Below are positions 29,001-41,521 of a stretch of 64,000 bases of DNA, in pieces (the first letter of the stretch is position 1; each line of letters opens with the position of its first letter). Origin of the DNA: Peribolospora baueri (Eukaryota); contig JAMDHS010000004.1 in the NCBI GenBank assembly GCA_029717555.1, forward strand, positions 124,001 to 188,000. Direction: 5' to 3'. The translations under genes were made by a program, and so were the position numbers. The notes beneath the pieces are model-generated. The model ran no database searches, was not told the DNA's origin, and saw nothing but the letters and a program-made list of their open reading frames with translations.

Positions 29001-32000
29001 GACTAAACGTGGCGTGAGGGCCGAAGAAGCGACTGCCCAACATGCGCATGTCGTTCTCGCTTCCGTCCTCGTTCTCGTTCGTCAGCTTCTTCGCCTCCTT
29101 TGTCCAAGCCTCGAACCATTGAGCGAGGTCGTCGGCGAACAGCTGCAAGCCGTCCAAGACCGCTTTGAACAGCGTGAGGTGGAGGGAGGGAAGCGAGACG
29201 GAGATCAGTCGACGAGTACTGGGGTCGGAGAATGCTCCTGAAGGGGAGACCGGTCGCGAGGAGACGACGAGAGATGGATGGAGAGGAGCATCGGAGCTGA
29301 AGGGGTCGGGAGACGAAATGGGTAGAGAGACGAGCAAGGCCGCAGCTTGGGAGTCTGCCAGTGAGTGACGCGCATGATGAGAAGCAAAAAGTCAGCGGCA
29401 GACGGTCGGGACGAGCGAGACGGAGGCCATGGCCGTCGATCCCACGTACCGTGTGCGCCTCTAAAGAAGAGCAAGGCAGCGGCGACCTCGACGGCAGCCA
29501 TCCTCTCCTCGTCCGCGTCCTTCCTTCTTTCGTCATCAAAGGACACCGACTTGGCCTTTCCCTTGCCCTTTGGTGCGCCGCCGTGCCGCTCGTCTTCTGC
29601 GCCCCAAACCGCCTTTACATGGTGGAGATCGACGGAAATGACGCCGCTACGAAGATCGAGTCCTCGCCCACGCTTCCGTCGACGATCGCCTGCATCCGCA
29701 GACTTGATCGGCGCTGGAACGCGGACGGAGACGCGCAAGAGAGGACAGGTGAGGAGGGGGACGACGCCGGAAGGGACTTCTGGATTCGCCTTCGGGGACG
29801 TGCCGCCAGGGTTGTTGGTCGGCAAAGGGGGAGGGTCGTCCAAGTGGAGAGCGTCGACGGACAGCGTGCCAACGGCCCAATCGTCGGCCACTGGCACGCG
29901 GAAAGAGGTCAAGAACGGCAGGACGCGGTCGGCCAGCGATACGTCGGCCAGGACGTGAACGGGCAAAAGGGCGACCCCGGCTCGTCCGCGATCAGACCAA
30001 GAGCCATCGACGACCGGGTTGCGCTCCTTTGTCAGGCCCAACAGCTCCCTTACGCCGCCCTCCACCACCGCCGAACGCCTCCAGTCGGACGCGATGGAAG
30101 GGAAGGACGCTTCGCAAAATTCGGCCGTTGCGCCGTCTTTCGGGGCGGCGGCCGCTTTGCCGGACCGCCTTGAAGATCCCTGACGAGGAGAGGTCGCGCT
30201 CGGAGACGATCGCCGGTGGGGGGATGGTATGAAAGAGACAGGAGGGCGGTATTGGTCCGACAGCGTTTCGTCAAAGAGAATGACCGGCACAATGTGCGGG
30301 GCATCGGAAGGTAGCGTCCGACAGACCGAAGGAGGGAGACGCTCGTGGAGTGATGCGTTTTCGACGCGAAGCTCAAAGGCGGTAGTGGACTCTGTACGTG
30401 ATCCAGCGATGGAGGAGGAGGAGGAGGGAAGGACGAGATGAGATGCCGTCGCCTCCTCGAGAAGTAGCCTGAGCTGGCCGAGCGGCACGTCCTGTTCGGA
30501 CGTCCAATACCGCTCTACGTGCGCGTCCAGCTGGTCCAACTCGAGCTCGCGCGAGTCCTCGTATACCAAGACGGCATAGAGCGAAGCAACGTGCACGCTA
30601 GTCCGAAAGGCGGCCTCCTTGCTGTGCTCGCGCATCGAAGGAGACGGCGGAGAGTCCTTGGCCTTGCTGAAAGACGCCGTGGCGTCGTCGAGAAATCGGA
30701 CGAGACATCTGGCTTGCCATGGCAAGACCAACAGCTTCAGCGACGGGAAAAAGACATCCACGCTCGTCTCTGGACGGCGTGCCACGCGGGGCGCCGGTCG
30801 AGTGGAAGCGGAGGACCCGCCTGCGCTAGTGTCATCGGAGGAGGACGCGGTCTGAAAAGGCCGGGAGCGGGAGGACGTGGAGAGGCGAATCTCGATGTCG
30901 CCGTCCACGCACGACGCCAACAAGAGAACATTTCGTCGCCCGTCACGTCGTGCGTCTCGCGCCGAGGTCGCCGATGTGCCGCCTTGTTCCAGTGGAGGCC
31001 GACCATCCTTGACAGCTTGATGCCCGAACGAAGGGTTGCCTTTCTCCTCCACCAACGACCCCACGTTGTCTTTAACGTCCGCCGGTCGTTCCTCCTTCCC
31101 CCCCTCTTCCGGGACGTTCTCTTCCTCAGTCCTCTCCTCCGGCGCATCGACAAAGATGCTGTGCCCACTGGCGTCTGTCGTGACGGACGGCCTGAGGTCC
31201 GCCACTCCTTGGCTCATCAACGTCGTTTCGGTCTCATTTTCGTCGTCCTCTTCCTCGTCCGTTTCGTCGTTCTCTTCCTCGTTCGTTTCGATCATCACCG
31301 GCGCAGCCGTGGGCGACTGCGTCTGAGAGACGCCAAATGGCCTGCTGCTGCTGCTCCGGGTAAAGCTTGGCGAGGACGAGCGGAGGAGGGGGATGGGGCG
31401 CATCCACAGCTGAAAGCCGACGATGCGCAAAAGGCGAGCGATATCTCCTGGTCCGCGCGAGGGGGCGTCCTCAACAGGGCTGCCGTCGCTCGACGCCGTC
31501 GGGTCGCCAGCGTCGTCACCCACGAAGAGGATTTGGGCAATCTTGACCTCCATCTCCACGCCGTCCCTCTCCGTTTGGTCCTCCAACTGCTGTGCGATGC
31601 CGGCTGGAACGGATGACGAGGACGCGTCCGGCTCGTGGATGATCCGAGCGGAGACGTTGCGAACCGACACGCGTAGCCGGGCGAGTAGACGCTCGATTAT
31701 GCCGGCGAGGAAGGTGACCTCCTCGGCGCCGACGGCGGCGGATGATCCGGGCTGGTCGCTACGGCCGGATGGAGATGGAGCGGAAGGAGGAGGGGGCGAG
31801 GAGGAAAGGGAAGGAGAATCGAAAGCGCCTGGAAAATCGCCGCCGACGCCATCGGGACCGGTTCCGGTTCCGCTACTGGCTTGCAAACTCGCTCTAAGCG
31901 ATCGTTCCAGCTCTTTTCCTTCTTGCTCGTCGTGTAAAAGCCCATCGGCGAGGCTGGCGACGGACTCGGCAAGGTCAAAGCCAGGACGGGCAAGTGTTGC

Positions 32001-32499
32001 TTGTGCAACGCCAGAGGACGAGAGGACGTGGGTGGATGTGGAGGAAGGGGATAAGACGAAGACGAGGGCGAGATCTTCTATGGAAAGGCACAAGTCAGAG
32101 GGGCCAGAGCGAAGGGAGGGGAACGGGATTTGAAGGTGGGCGCGGCCGAGGGTGCCTGAGGAGAGAGTGAGAGGAAGCGGAGCGAGGAGCTCATCAATGG
32201 CCTGTCGCAAAGGAAAGGGGAGAGTGATGAGCCAACGTCAGCCCATCCGTCCTCGGCATCTCGCTTCACCTCGGATCGACGACGGAGAGAAGAGGACGGA
32301 CCTGGCCGTCCAATTCGACGTCCTTGATCTCGACGGTGCCTTTGCTGATCTGCGCATCGACCTTGTCAAGGTCCAGCTCGCCCCCCCTGACAAACCTGCC
32401 AAGCGCTTTGCGTAGGATAAAGGAAAGCAATCGGCGCTGTAGGTTGGCGGGGAGGAAGGAGACGGAGGGAAGGGAGATGGAGGGGAGCCAGTCGAGCAT
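25236..32499 (-). CDS. ATG2: Autophagy-related protein 2 (Chorein-N lipid-transfer protein), multi-exon
   Basis: N-terminal Chorein_N-like LPANLQRRLLSFILRKALGRFV...LDLDKVDAQISKGTVEIKDVELD. C-terminal motifs [82 protein letters not shown]...DKYKSG*. Confidence 0.93.
26057..26085. repeat. Poly-A run (poly-T on the ATG2 sense strand, within an intron)
   Basis: About 29 consecutive A. Confidence 0.9.
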
Positions 32500-33501
32500 G
32501 TTTGATTCGTCGGCAGGCGGACAAGGCGGAAAGACATGAAGGAATGCTTCAGATACGAGGGGCCATACTCCGCTGGCTGTCCTGCAGCAGCGCTCGTGTC
32601 CAGGGCCGTGTAGGGTGGTAGCCAGGGGACAAACGGGCGACGATGAGGGAGGTGATCGTGGAGTGGCGAGCGAGATTGCGGAGTGGCTGCGGCGGGTCAC
32701 CGCAGCGCAGTTGTGCTCACGACGAGATTAGATAACCAAGTCTTTTTGCCGCTCCGTCGTCTCATCGACGCCGGTGGGCTTTCACGGCCCGTTTACGTAT
32801 GCTGTCCTCCTTGAGAACGGTCACGTCGGATGATCGGCTATGTACACAGCGATGTGCGCGTCACTACGATTCACGAATCAGCCAGCGGGCCCCTCGCTGC
32901 CAGTGACGGGGGGCCGCGCCGAGCCCAAGTGCTCCTGGCGTAAGCGCGCTCGAAGACGGCGCGGGGCTGTGCTATGGGGCGAGGATGAGAAGGAGAACGA
33001 GCGGAATGAGAGAGGCTTGGCCGACGGTAACGAAGAGAGGAAGAGACGAGCTCGCATGCACGAGATGACGACAGCCAATGACCCCCGCGTCGGTTGAAGA
33101 AGAGATGACGAGGTGGAATGACGACTTGTGAGAAAGGCGAACGAACGCCCGAGATAGCCGCCGCCCCACGCCGTCCGTCCAACCGTCCATCCGACCATCC
33201 CATCCATCCGACCATCCATCCCTCCCTCATCGGCCTTGGCTCGAGCCCAGTCGGACCGTTCCACACGATCACACGATCGATCGATCGGCCCTCGCCTGCC
33301 CGCCTCTATCACGAGAATTAGGACCCAACAAACCCGTGGCGAGAGGGGCTGCGGTGGTACGACTGCGGTAAGGTGGGACGAGCAGCATATCTCCTCTGCG
33401 ACGTACCTTGTCGCCGCAGCCAAAAAGCTCGCGGCGCTCCGTGTGCCCCCGTAGTGGTCGGATGTCAGGGTGCGAGCGGAGGAGAGAGAGCCGTGTGGAG
33501 C

Positions 33502-33554
33502 TGCACTTGCACTTGCACATGCACTTGCACTTGCACTTGCACTTGCACTTGCAC
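33502..33554. repeat. (TGCACT)n hexamer microsatellite in the divergent ATG2 / DUF3295-gene intergenic region
   Basis: About 9 tandem units with one TGCACA variant, followed by (CACCAG)n. Confidence 0.9.
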
Positions 33555-35562
33555 CATCACCAGCACCAGCACCAGCGCCGGCCTCTGTACTGCACCTAGC
33601 CGGTGACGGCCTCGTCGTGTGATATACTGTATGAATTCGTGTGCTCTGCTCCTCCATACATACATACATATATGTCCATACATACATGCGCCTCCACGAC
33701 TCCATAGCGGCCCAAGTCAGCCATCCCAAATGGACGAGGCTAGCTTAAACGGCGCAGGCCGGCTCTCGATCCGATCCGCGCTTGCTTCCACGGGTTCATT
33801 CATCCGCTCCGTGCCCCGGGGAAGAGAAGAGGGAACGGAAGGACGGCCGGTCGCTCCCGTTCCAGTTCCCGTTGCCGTTCCTCGCCTCGCCCACCGTCGG
33901 TCGCTCTTCTTCTTCTCACTCTCTTCCTTCCCGACGTGCGGGGAGACGAGACGAGGAGGCGTCTTTGTTTCTGCGCTTGTCGTCTGGTCTGGTTTAGGAG
34001 AAGAATGCACCCGTCCATGGCTCGCCTCTCTTTGTTCCTCCTCTTTCTTCGTCGTCGTCCCCGCGTCACAAGACCGGCGGTGTCGTCCTCGTCGTCGCCC
34101 CCGATTTTGCTTGCTCGCTCGCCAGCGTAGCGCAGCATGCCCTTGTGACGCAGCCGCGGTCCGGCCCGGTCCGGTCTGGCCGAGGTCGCAGTCGCAGGGG
34201 TCGGCAAGGTCGACATGTGACGTCCCTTTGCTGGCTACGCGCACTTGCAACTTGTACTTGCACCCCACCCTGAGCTGAGCTGAGCGGATCGGAGCTGCTG
34301 CGCTGCCTGAGCCTGTCTGTGCACAACGCCGCGACGAGGCGACGGAGGCGGACGCACGTTGGGCGTCCCACCCGAATAGACGCGCGGCGGACGCGGACGG
34401 AAAGGAACGGATGGATTCGGTGGGCGGATGGATGGCAACGCAACGGCAACGGCAAAGGCGGACAGGTGACCGGTGGCCAGGCGAGGCGTGGCCAGGCCGG
34501 TGCGATGGACGACCGGGTCGTCTCCGAGCGCCAAGCCGGGCGGACGACGGACGACGGACGACGGACGACGATGGTAGTGGAGGCGCCGGCGATGCGCTCA
34601 CCCTCTTTCGCCCTTTACCTTGATCCCTCTCCCCGCGCTTTCCTTTCGCCGCCGTCTATTTTCTTCTTTTTTTTTTTCATCCCCTTCCGCCCGCCAGTCG
34701 CCGCCGCCATCTGACCTGCCCCGACCTTGCTTGCCTCTCTCTCCCCCGCTCCATCCATCCTCCTCTTCCCCTCGCCACCCTCAACACCAACCCTCCTTCT
34801 GACCACCACCTCCGCCTTCCTCACCCCCTTCCCCTTCCTCCGCTGCCTCGCCACACCATCCTCCGTTCCCCTTCCCTCCCCGCCGTTCACCTCGCCTCGC
34901 CCGATTTCAACGAACCCGCCCCCGTTGAACCCGCACCGCTCGCTGCTTCCTTCCCCTTGACCGGACCGGTGTCGATCGATGTGTTGGCCCCACCCACGGT
35001 GTCCGGCGAAGACGACGACGAACAAGACTTTGGCCCCATCGATCCCAGCACTCTTTCCGATATACCACCTAGTGTAGCCGTCGCCAAACGGCCCGTCCTC
35101 TCTTCTCTTCTCCTCCACATCCATCGATCGGCCCACACGCACCCGTCGGCGCCTTCACCCGCGGCGCTGCGCCCTGGTCGTTCGAAAAAAAATCTTTTTC
35201 TGCTCCCCTTCGTCTCTTCGACGACGACCTCCATCCCTCTCTCTCGCCCGAGCCCTACCTCCAGCCCTCGTTCCCGGCGTCTGCCCCGCCCGGCCGCGCC
35301 TGCTCGACGCGCAATCGTCGATCCCCGATTCCATTCGCCGCCCCGCCCGCCCGCCCGCCCGCTTGTCCCCTGGTCGCTCCCCCTCCCCTCGGCTCTGCCT
35401 ACGCGCGGCGGACGTAGATCTCGGCTGCCTTGCTTCCACGCGCTCTCTCCGCTACGCCGACCGGTCGCTTCCTTTTCGGCATCTCGGCGCGACTGACACA
35501 CAGCAAGGCGCATCCACGGCGACGCGGACCGACGCACGGACAGAAGGACAGACGGGGAAACG

Positions 35563-38500
35563 ATGGTCGTCAAACTACCCGACCACCCCGTGCTCTCGCT
35601 CTCGGTGGGCAGCCTGCAAAAGATGAAGGAGATTGACGCGGATCAGATCGGGGGTATCTGGACGGGTGAGTGGCCCGCTCTCTTTCGCTCTGATTGTTGG
35701 CGCCCTTTGTCTTTTTCTTTTCTTTTCGTTCCTCCTCTCCTCTCCTCTTCTTGTTTTGTTGCCTTCTTCCGCGTGCGTGTGGGGTGGACCGGCGGAGAGT
35801 AGTTTATGGAAGCGGAGAGGTGCGGGGGCGGCCTTTTGAAAATACGGAGGCCGGGGCGTCCTTGGCTTGGATTGGATTGGCTTGCTTGGAATTGGCTTGC
35901 TTGCGAGTGGCGAGGACGGGATGGGGCTCCGGGCGAGGGCAAACACGAGGCCTGCGGCGTGGCGTGGCAGGCGCGCAGGCGAGAGAGACGGACGACGTGG
36001 ACTGGACTGGTTGGCGGTCGAGCCAGCGTCGACCTCAGCGTCTGGCCGGCGCCTGCCTGGCCGGACAACAACGACGCATGCCGCCGTCGACGCATGCGAT
36101 GCGGACGCCGCAGTCGAGAGCCGGCTCCGGCTCGGCAGCTGGTCATGGTCACAATCATCCCGCTCACGCGATCCCCTTCTATTCCTCCACCTCCACCTTG
36201 TCCCCCGTCTCGCTCCTCCCTCCCCCCACGTCTCACAGTCTTCACCAAGTGCAAGGAGACCCTCGAAAATGGTCGCAGGCTCGAAAACCTGTCTTGGAGG
36301 CTCTGGTATCGCGAGGCTCACCTCCTCCCCGCAGACGCCTCCGACACCGGCTCCCTTTCCGATCCCGAGCTGAGCGGCAGCGAGGACGACGACGACGACG
36401 ACGACGACGTCTCCGACTTGGAATGCGGCTCCCAGGACGACGACGACCACCACCATAACCACGGAAATTCGACGCCCTCCACCTCCGCCATCCACCACGG
36501 CCCATGCCGACGCGGTGAGACTGCCCCCACCGCAGACGGCCGCATGGGACGCTCACCGCCCTCCTCTCGTGCTGCCGCCTCCGCCAAGCTCGACGGTGGC
36601 GACCGCGCCTCCTCAGACGCCTCCAACGTCCGTCCCCAGCCCCGTTCTCGTCGATCTCGTAACGCCGTCCCCACCACCTCCACCTTCGCACCCTCCCTCG
36701 ACGGCTCCGCGCCCTCCAAGCTCCACCGCCCCAATCTGGACCGCAAGCGCGCCGTATCCTCTACCTCCGCCCGTTTCGGTTCAACCGGCCGTCCGCTAAG
36801 CCAGTCCCGCCCCTCTGGCGTCGTCGGTCGTAGGAGGCCCGTCAGCCTCCAGGCCGCCATCGAGCGAATCTCCCTCGTCCCCTTCGGCGCTGAGCCGGAG
36901 AGCTGGAGGAGTCTCTTCGTCCAGAGCAGCAAGGAGCGCCTCGGCGACATGGTCGGAAAGGGCAAGGCCGGAGAGGCCGGCGACGGCGCCGAGAGTAGGC
37001 ACGCCAGCGCCCCCGCCGACCCTTACGAGAGCCGACATAGCAGCCAGGTCACCAGCCCCGTCGTGCATCCCGCCGCGACGTCCCGCAACGGCGCGTCCGT
37101 GGCGGCCGCCGACCTCCTCTGCATCGAGTCCCCGCCCTCGGCCGCGGTGACCGCCCGCCCCAAGGACCCTTCGCCGTCCGCAAGTCCTGTGAAACGTCTC
37201 GCCGCCGTCTCTACCGCCGGCCCATCCGCTTCTCCGACTCCGACTCCCGCCGGTTCCGCCCGCCCGTCGTCCCGCCCGCCCTCGCGGGCCGGTTCGAACG
37301 CGGACCCTCGGTCCGGCAGTCCTGCTTCGAGCGCCGCCACCGCCGTCTCGCCTTCCGCAGCTCAACTGGACCACCTTTCTTCTCCACCGCCCATGCAGAC
37401 CCGCCGCGTACCCCCCTCCCAGTTGCATTCTTCCGGCAACGTCGCACCACCCGCGCCGTCTACTACCTCTCTCGTGCCGGCAAACGCGCAATCGACCGTC
37501 GTCGCGCCAGCTCCTCAGCGGAGCCACGTGGAGGAAGAGCGCACGGGAGCCAAGGCCAAGTCCAAGATGTTCTTCATCTCCGCCGGTCGCAGCTCTGACA
37601 GCACCGGGAGTGACGAGAGCCAGCCGCATCGTATTGCTGGAGCCGTCATGCCCGCCAACAACGAGGCCGGTCCGTCTGCCCCTGCGGTACGCCACGCGAG
37701 ACAACAAGGAGGCGAACTCGTCTTGTCTACCTCGACCGCAGCAGCGGCACAAGAACACTCTTCACAGCAGCATCAACAGCAGCAGCGGCAGGAGGTAGCG
37801 GAGAACACCCAAGCCTCATCCGCGCAGGTTCAGCAGCCACAGCAGCCGCAGCGAAGTATCGCACCGCCACCATCGGCTCGAACTTCGGCACCGCCTCGCC
37901 GTGTCGCTTCGGGCGGTCATCCGCACCTCAGCGGTCACGCGCGTGGCGCTTCAACCGGCGCACTGCCTAGCAAGGCCAAGTTCAACGCGGCCGCTGCCGG
38001 CGCCGGCAGCGCTCTCGCTTGGCGTCCCAACATCACCGCCGCAGGTGGTGGGAGGTCGCGGAGGTCGGAGGACATGGGCGTGGGACATGAGCGCTCGTCA
38101 TCGGCCGCTGCGTTGCAAGGGTCTGGCAAGGGCAAGGGGAAACACAAGGACAAGGGAAAAGGCAAGGCCACGACGACGCGGTTCGAGGTCGGCGGCAGAG
38201 AGGAGGAGGATGACGAGTTCTCAGACGTCTCGGGCGAGGAGGCGGGCGACTCGGACGACTGGTCGTCCACCTCCGATGACGACGGCCACGACTCGGAGGC
38301 CGAGCGCAACGCCGCCATGCGTGCCGCGGCGGAGCGCGCGGCCGCCGAGGAGGCTCGCCAAAAGGCCATGTTCAAGAAGATGCCGATACGGAGCAAGAGC
38401 AGCACGGACGTGCCTGGCGAGGCTTATGCGCCTGTTCGCCCGGGCGCCGGACTGGAGGCCGCCAAGAGGGGCTTGTTGAGCTCCCTCTTCCATCCGGTCA

Positions 38501-39182
38501 ACTACGACGACGTCAATTTACTCCACGGTCGCAGTCATGCCAGCGCGGCGGACCTCCGAGCCAGACCGACCGTGACGGGCCAGCTGGGGTCGAAGGGGTT
38601 CGCACCCAATGCCGGCGGCGCCAAACGTCCTTCTTTCGACTCGGCCGACGGACAGGGACAGGCGGCGGGCGGTCTTCGGACGAGCAAGAGTGCCGTCGCT
38701 TTCCCCGTCGCGACGACGCACCATTTGGTCACGCGCGCCCACAACCCGGGAAACCCTCGCAGGTTAGGCGGTCCGCCTCCCGCCGGCGAGTTCTCGACCA
38801 GCTCGGACGACACCGACGACGACCACGTCCTCCAGCCCAGCAGCGCCGCTCAGGCCAAGCTCAGCGCGCTGGCGGCGAGAAATCCGCAGGCGACGCAGCA
38901 ACGACGACAGCAGGAAGACCGAGAACGAATGCCCCCGCCGCCGCCACTCACCTCGTCCACCAATCAGCCCCCGACCCAACAGTCCCAGCCGATGGCCACG
39001 CCGTCGACCACCCTCGCACACTGCCGCCCCCCCGTCGCCGCGCCCGCACTTCCTCAGACGCCTCGCACGACTCGACGCAACATGCTTTCCACAGAGTTGA
39101 GCGAGAGCCTGCGGCGCAACCTGCTATGGGAGAGGCAGACGCGCAACTTTGGCGGCGGCCTCACCAACTCTCAGGCGCAGGC

Positions 39183-39221
<39 letters not shown>

Positions 39222-39741
39222 AGCTCGCGCCAGGGCAGCGGCAGCAGCCGCCGCTGCCAGCGCCGATCGTTCGTCGAACGCTCATTCGTCCGCTCCCGCT
39301 CTCGCGGCCGCCGCGCCTCCTCCAGCGCCCAGGCGGGAGAACCTGCTTAGCGGAGGCGGCACCCTCCGCCCTCTGACTTCTGCGCGACCCGAGCTGACCG
39401 CCCGGCGCTCTTCCGACCGCGCCCCGCCCACGACGACGACGGGCGCGGCGCGAAAGAAGAGCGGAGGAGGGCAGGTGGACAGCGCGCCTGCCGATCACGA
39501 CGGGCACGAGCGCGGGTATGCGAACGCAGACGGGCATGGGCACGGGCACGGTAACGACGCGGCGCCGGAGATGAGAAGGCGGCATACAGCCGAGGGGAGC
39601 ATCGCTGCGCAGAGGGAGGAGGCGGAGAGGAGGGGGCTAGAGGAGAAGAGCAGGAAGGAGCAGGAGCAGGAGCAGGAGCAGGCGGCGAGGAAGAGGAGGT
39701 GGAACGCGTCCATGGACGGATACCATGCCCTCGGCTGGTAG
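35563..39741 (+). CDS. DUF1752 + DUF3295 fungal protein (Mks1-like regulator family); one 573-nt intron (35666-36238)
   Basis: Exon 1 MVVKLPDHPVLSL...QIGGIWT splices in frame to VFTKCKETLENGRRLENLSWRLWYRE (DUF1752-type motif). C-terminal TPRTTRRNMLSTELSESLRRNLLWERQ and terminal DGYHALGW* are DUF3295-type. Confidence 0.85.
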
Positions 39742-40293
39742 TTTGTCCGTTCCCATCCCCACAACCTGACCTCTTTTCCACACCTTGCTCGCTTCCTTCC
39801 ATGGCCGCCTAGTTCCTCTGTCTGGCTCACATTCCGTTCTGTCCACGGGCCCGTTTTTTTCCGATTCCTCTTTTGTTCTACCGTCCCATCTACCCTTCAT
39901 CTCTTTTTACCATTCTTCCATGTCCTTCTCCTTTCTTTCTTTCTCAGATCTTCGTAACCCCCGTCCCCGTCTGCGTTCGGTTCCCCCGTTGTATTATACA
40001 TTCTCCCCGTTCCACTCCCTCCCCCTTCTCCATTGCTTGACGCGAGGTCGGCTTCTGTCTATCCGTCGGCTCTTCATCTGTCTCTCTTTATTTATATTAC
40101 TCTCACAAACGATCGAGATTGAGGTCATGGTAATGTCCGGTCACGGTTTAATTGCGCATGCGATCGATGTGGACAGCTGAAACCTGTCTTGTTTGTCATT
40201 GGCTCGGTCGGTGATCGTGGGGATCGTGAAATGCTCGCTGAAACGACGTGCATACGGACATTTAAAAAAGAATATTTTTAAGATACGGGAAGC

Positions 40294-40308
40294 AAAAAAG
40301 AAAAAAAA
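40294..40308 (-). terminator. RNA polymerase III oligo-T terminator of the tRNA-Ser gene
   Basis: T8-C-T6 run immediately 3' of the tRNA on the minus strand. Confidence 0.8.
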
Positions 40309-40310
40309 TA

Positions 40311-40428
40311 CGACAACTGCAGGATTCGAACCTACGCCCACAAAGTGGACCGCCTGGCGCTCTTTCTCATCTTCAATGGGAAGTCGGAAAATAGCAGGGC
40401 GGCTCCTTAACCACTCGGACAAGTTGTC
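40311..40428 (-). tRNA. tRNA-Ser(GCU) with a 36-nt canonical intron (40391-40356)
   Basis: Acceptor stem GACAACT/AGTTGTC, D-arm TCCGAGTGGTTAAGGA, anticodon stem CCGCC/GGCGG around CT-GCT-A, long variable arm CCAC-TTT-GTGG, T-arm GTAGG-TTCGAAT-CCTGC. Mature length 82 nt. Confidence 0.96.
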
Positions 40429-40639
40429 TTAGGTCTTCTGAGATCTTGTCATTCTTTTGGGATCTTATCATTCACACCAGAGCCGAGGGCGGACGGCGGG
40501 CGAGCGGTGGAAAATTTATCTTTTGGTGCTGAGACGGAGCCGGGGCGGCGAGCGGCAGCGGCGAACGGGGTGGCATTGACAACGGGAGCGGGGCGATCTG
40601 GACTGGACTGGCGACCGGACTGGACGGGACTGGGCTGGG

Positions 40640-41250
40640 CTAGGCAGGACAGGGCCAGACTGAGACGACGGGTGACGGGGGCCGGTACCGAAGCAGGTGC
40701 GGGAGAGAGCAGAATCGACGGGGGCTGGGCATACAGTCGCGGAAGAAGAGAGCGGAGCTGAAGGTGGACCTGGTTGCGCCGCCAGTCGATGACGGACGGG
40801 GCTGGTGCCGGCGAAGCCAGGGAATGCCGAGAATGAATGGGTACTGTCCCAGCCGACAAATGACAGATGTCGAAGGTGGCCTTTTCTTGGTTGGTGCTCC
40901 CCCAATGGAGAGCCGGACTGTAGTTTCGGTGTCGTGTGTGACTGCCCCAGAGGCAATGGGACGTCCATCAATGACTCGAAGCTCACGGGGGACCGCTTTC
41001 TCGACTAATTGCAAACCATGCTCCACTAATCCGGAGCGTTCCGATATCGGGGAGTCCCCATGCCGGGAGGTCCCGAGGCCGATTCCTGACAATATTCCTC
41101 CCGATGGGAAGGGAAAGACGACGAGAAGGTGAGGAGCGGGGCCCCCGCTCGAGGAAACGAACCGTTTCTCGTCTTCGTCTTCGTCTGGGTCTTCAGCTTC
41201 GTCTTTACCTTCGGCTTCGGCTGGGCCGCACGGTAGGCGATGGTTACCGG
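40640..41250 (-). mobile_element. Degenerate Ty3/gypsy LTR-retrotransposon fragment (aspartic-protease region of pol)
   Basis: ...LVEKAVPRELRVIDGRPIASGAVTHDT...LGQYPFILGIPWLRRHQP, then after a frameshift VIDWRRNQVH. This matches the (L)GxPWLxxHNPxIDW pattern at the C-terminal end of gypsy retropepsins. The catalytic DSG is not intact; no RT, integrase or LTR pair seen; boundaries approximate. Confidence 0.75.
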
Positions 41251-41521
41251 TGGGGAAAGAGGGACGAGACCGATCCGGCTCCCGTCATGTCGAGAGCGGA
41301 ACGAGGAAGTGAGCCCGAGACCAGCATCAGCGACGCCGACACGAGCTGCTACGGTTCTATCCATTCATCTAGGAGGGTGCAAGCACGTAAAGAAACAGGT
41401 GCGGAGGGCGATCCTCAATTAAAAAAAGAAGAGAGAGCCCGTCGTCGTCCTCCGACTCAAGAAGAGAGACTGCCCGTCCGACCCAAAAATGCTTTCTGCC
41501 AGAAAAGGGGGCGGCGGCTTG

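Noticed and set aside
29361..32133. Long plus-strand ORFs opposite ATG2, and similar antisense ORFs over TEF1, the kinase and GH26
   Set aside because: Antisense shadows expected in GC-rich genes with strong codon bias
33502..33554. (TGCACT)n as metal-response elements or a poly-(LH)/(CT) peptide
   Set aside because: Does not match TGCRCNC or TGCACCC consensus; no supportable gene structure around it
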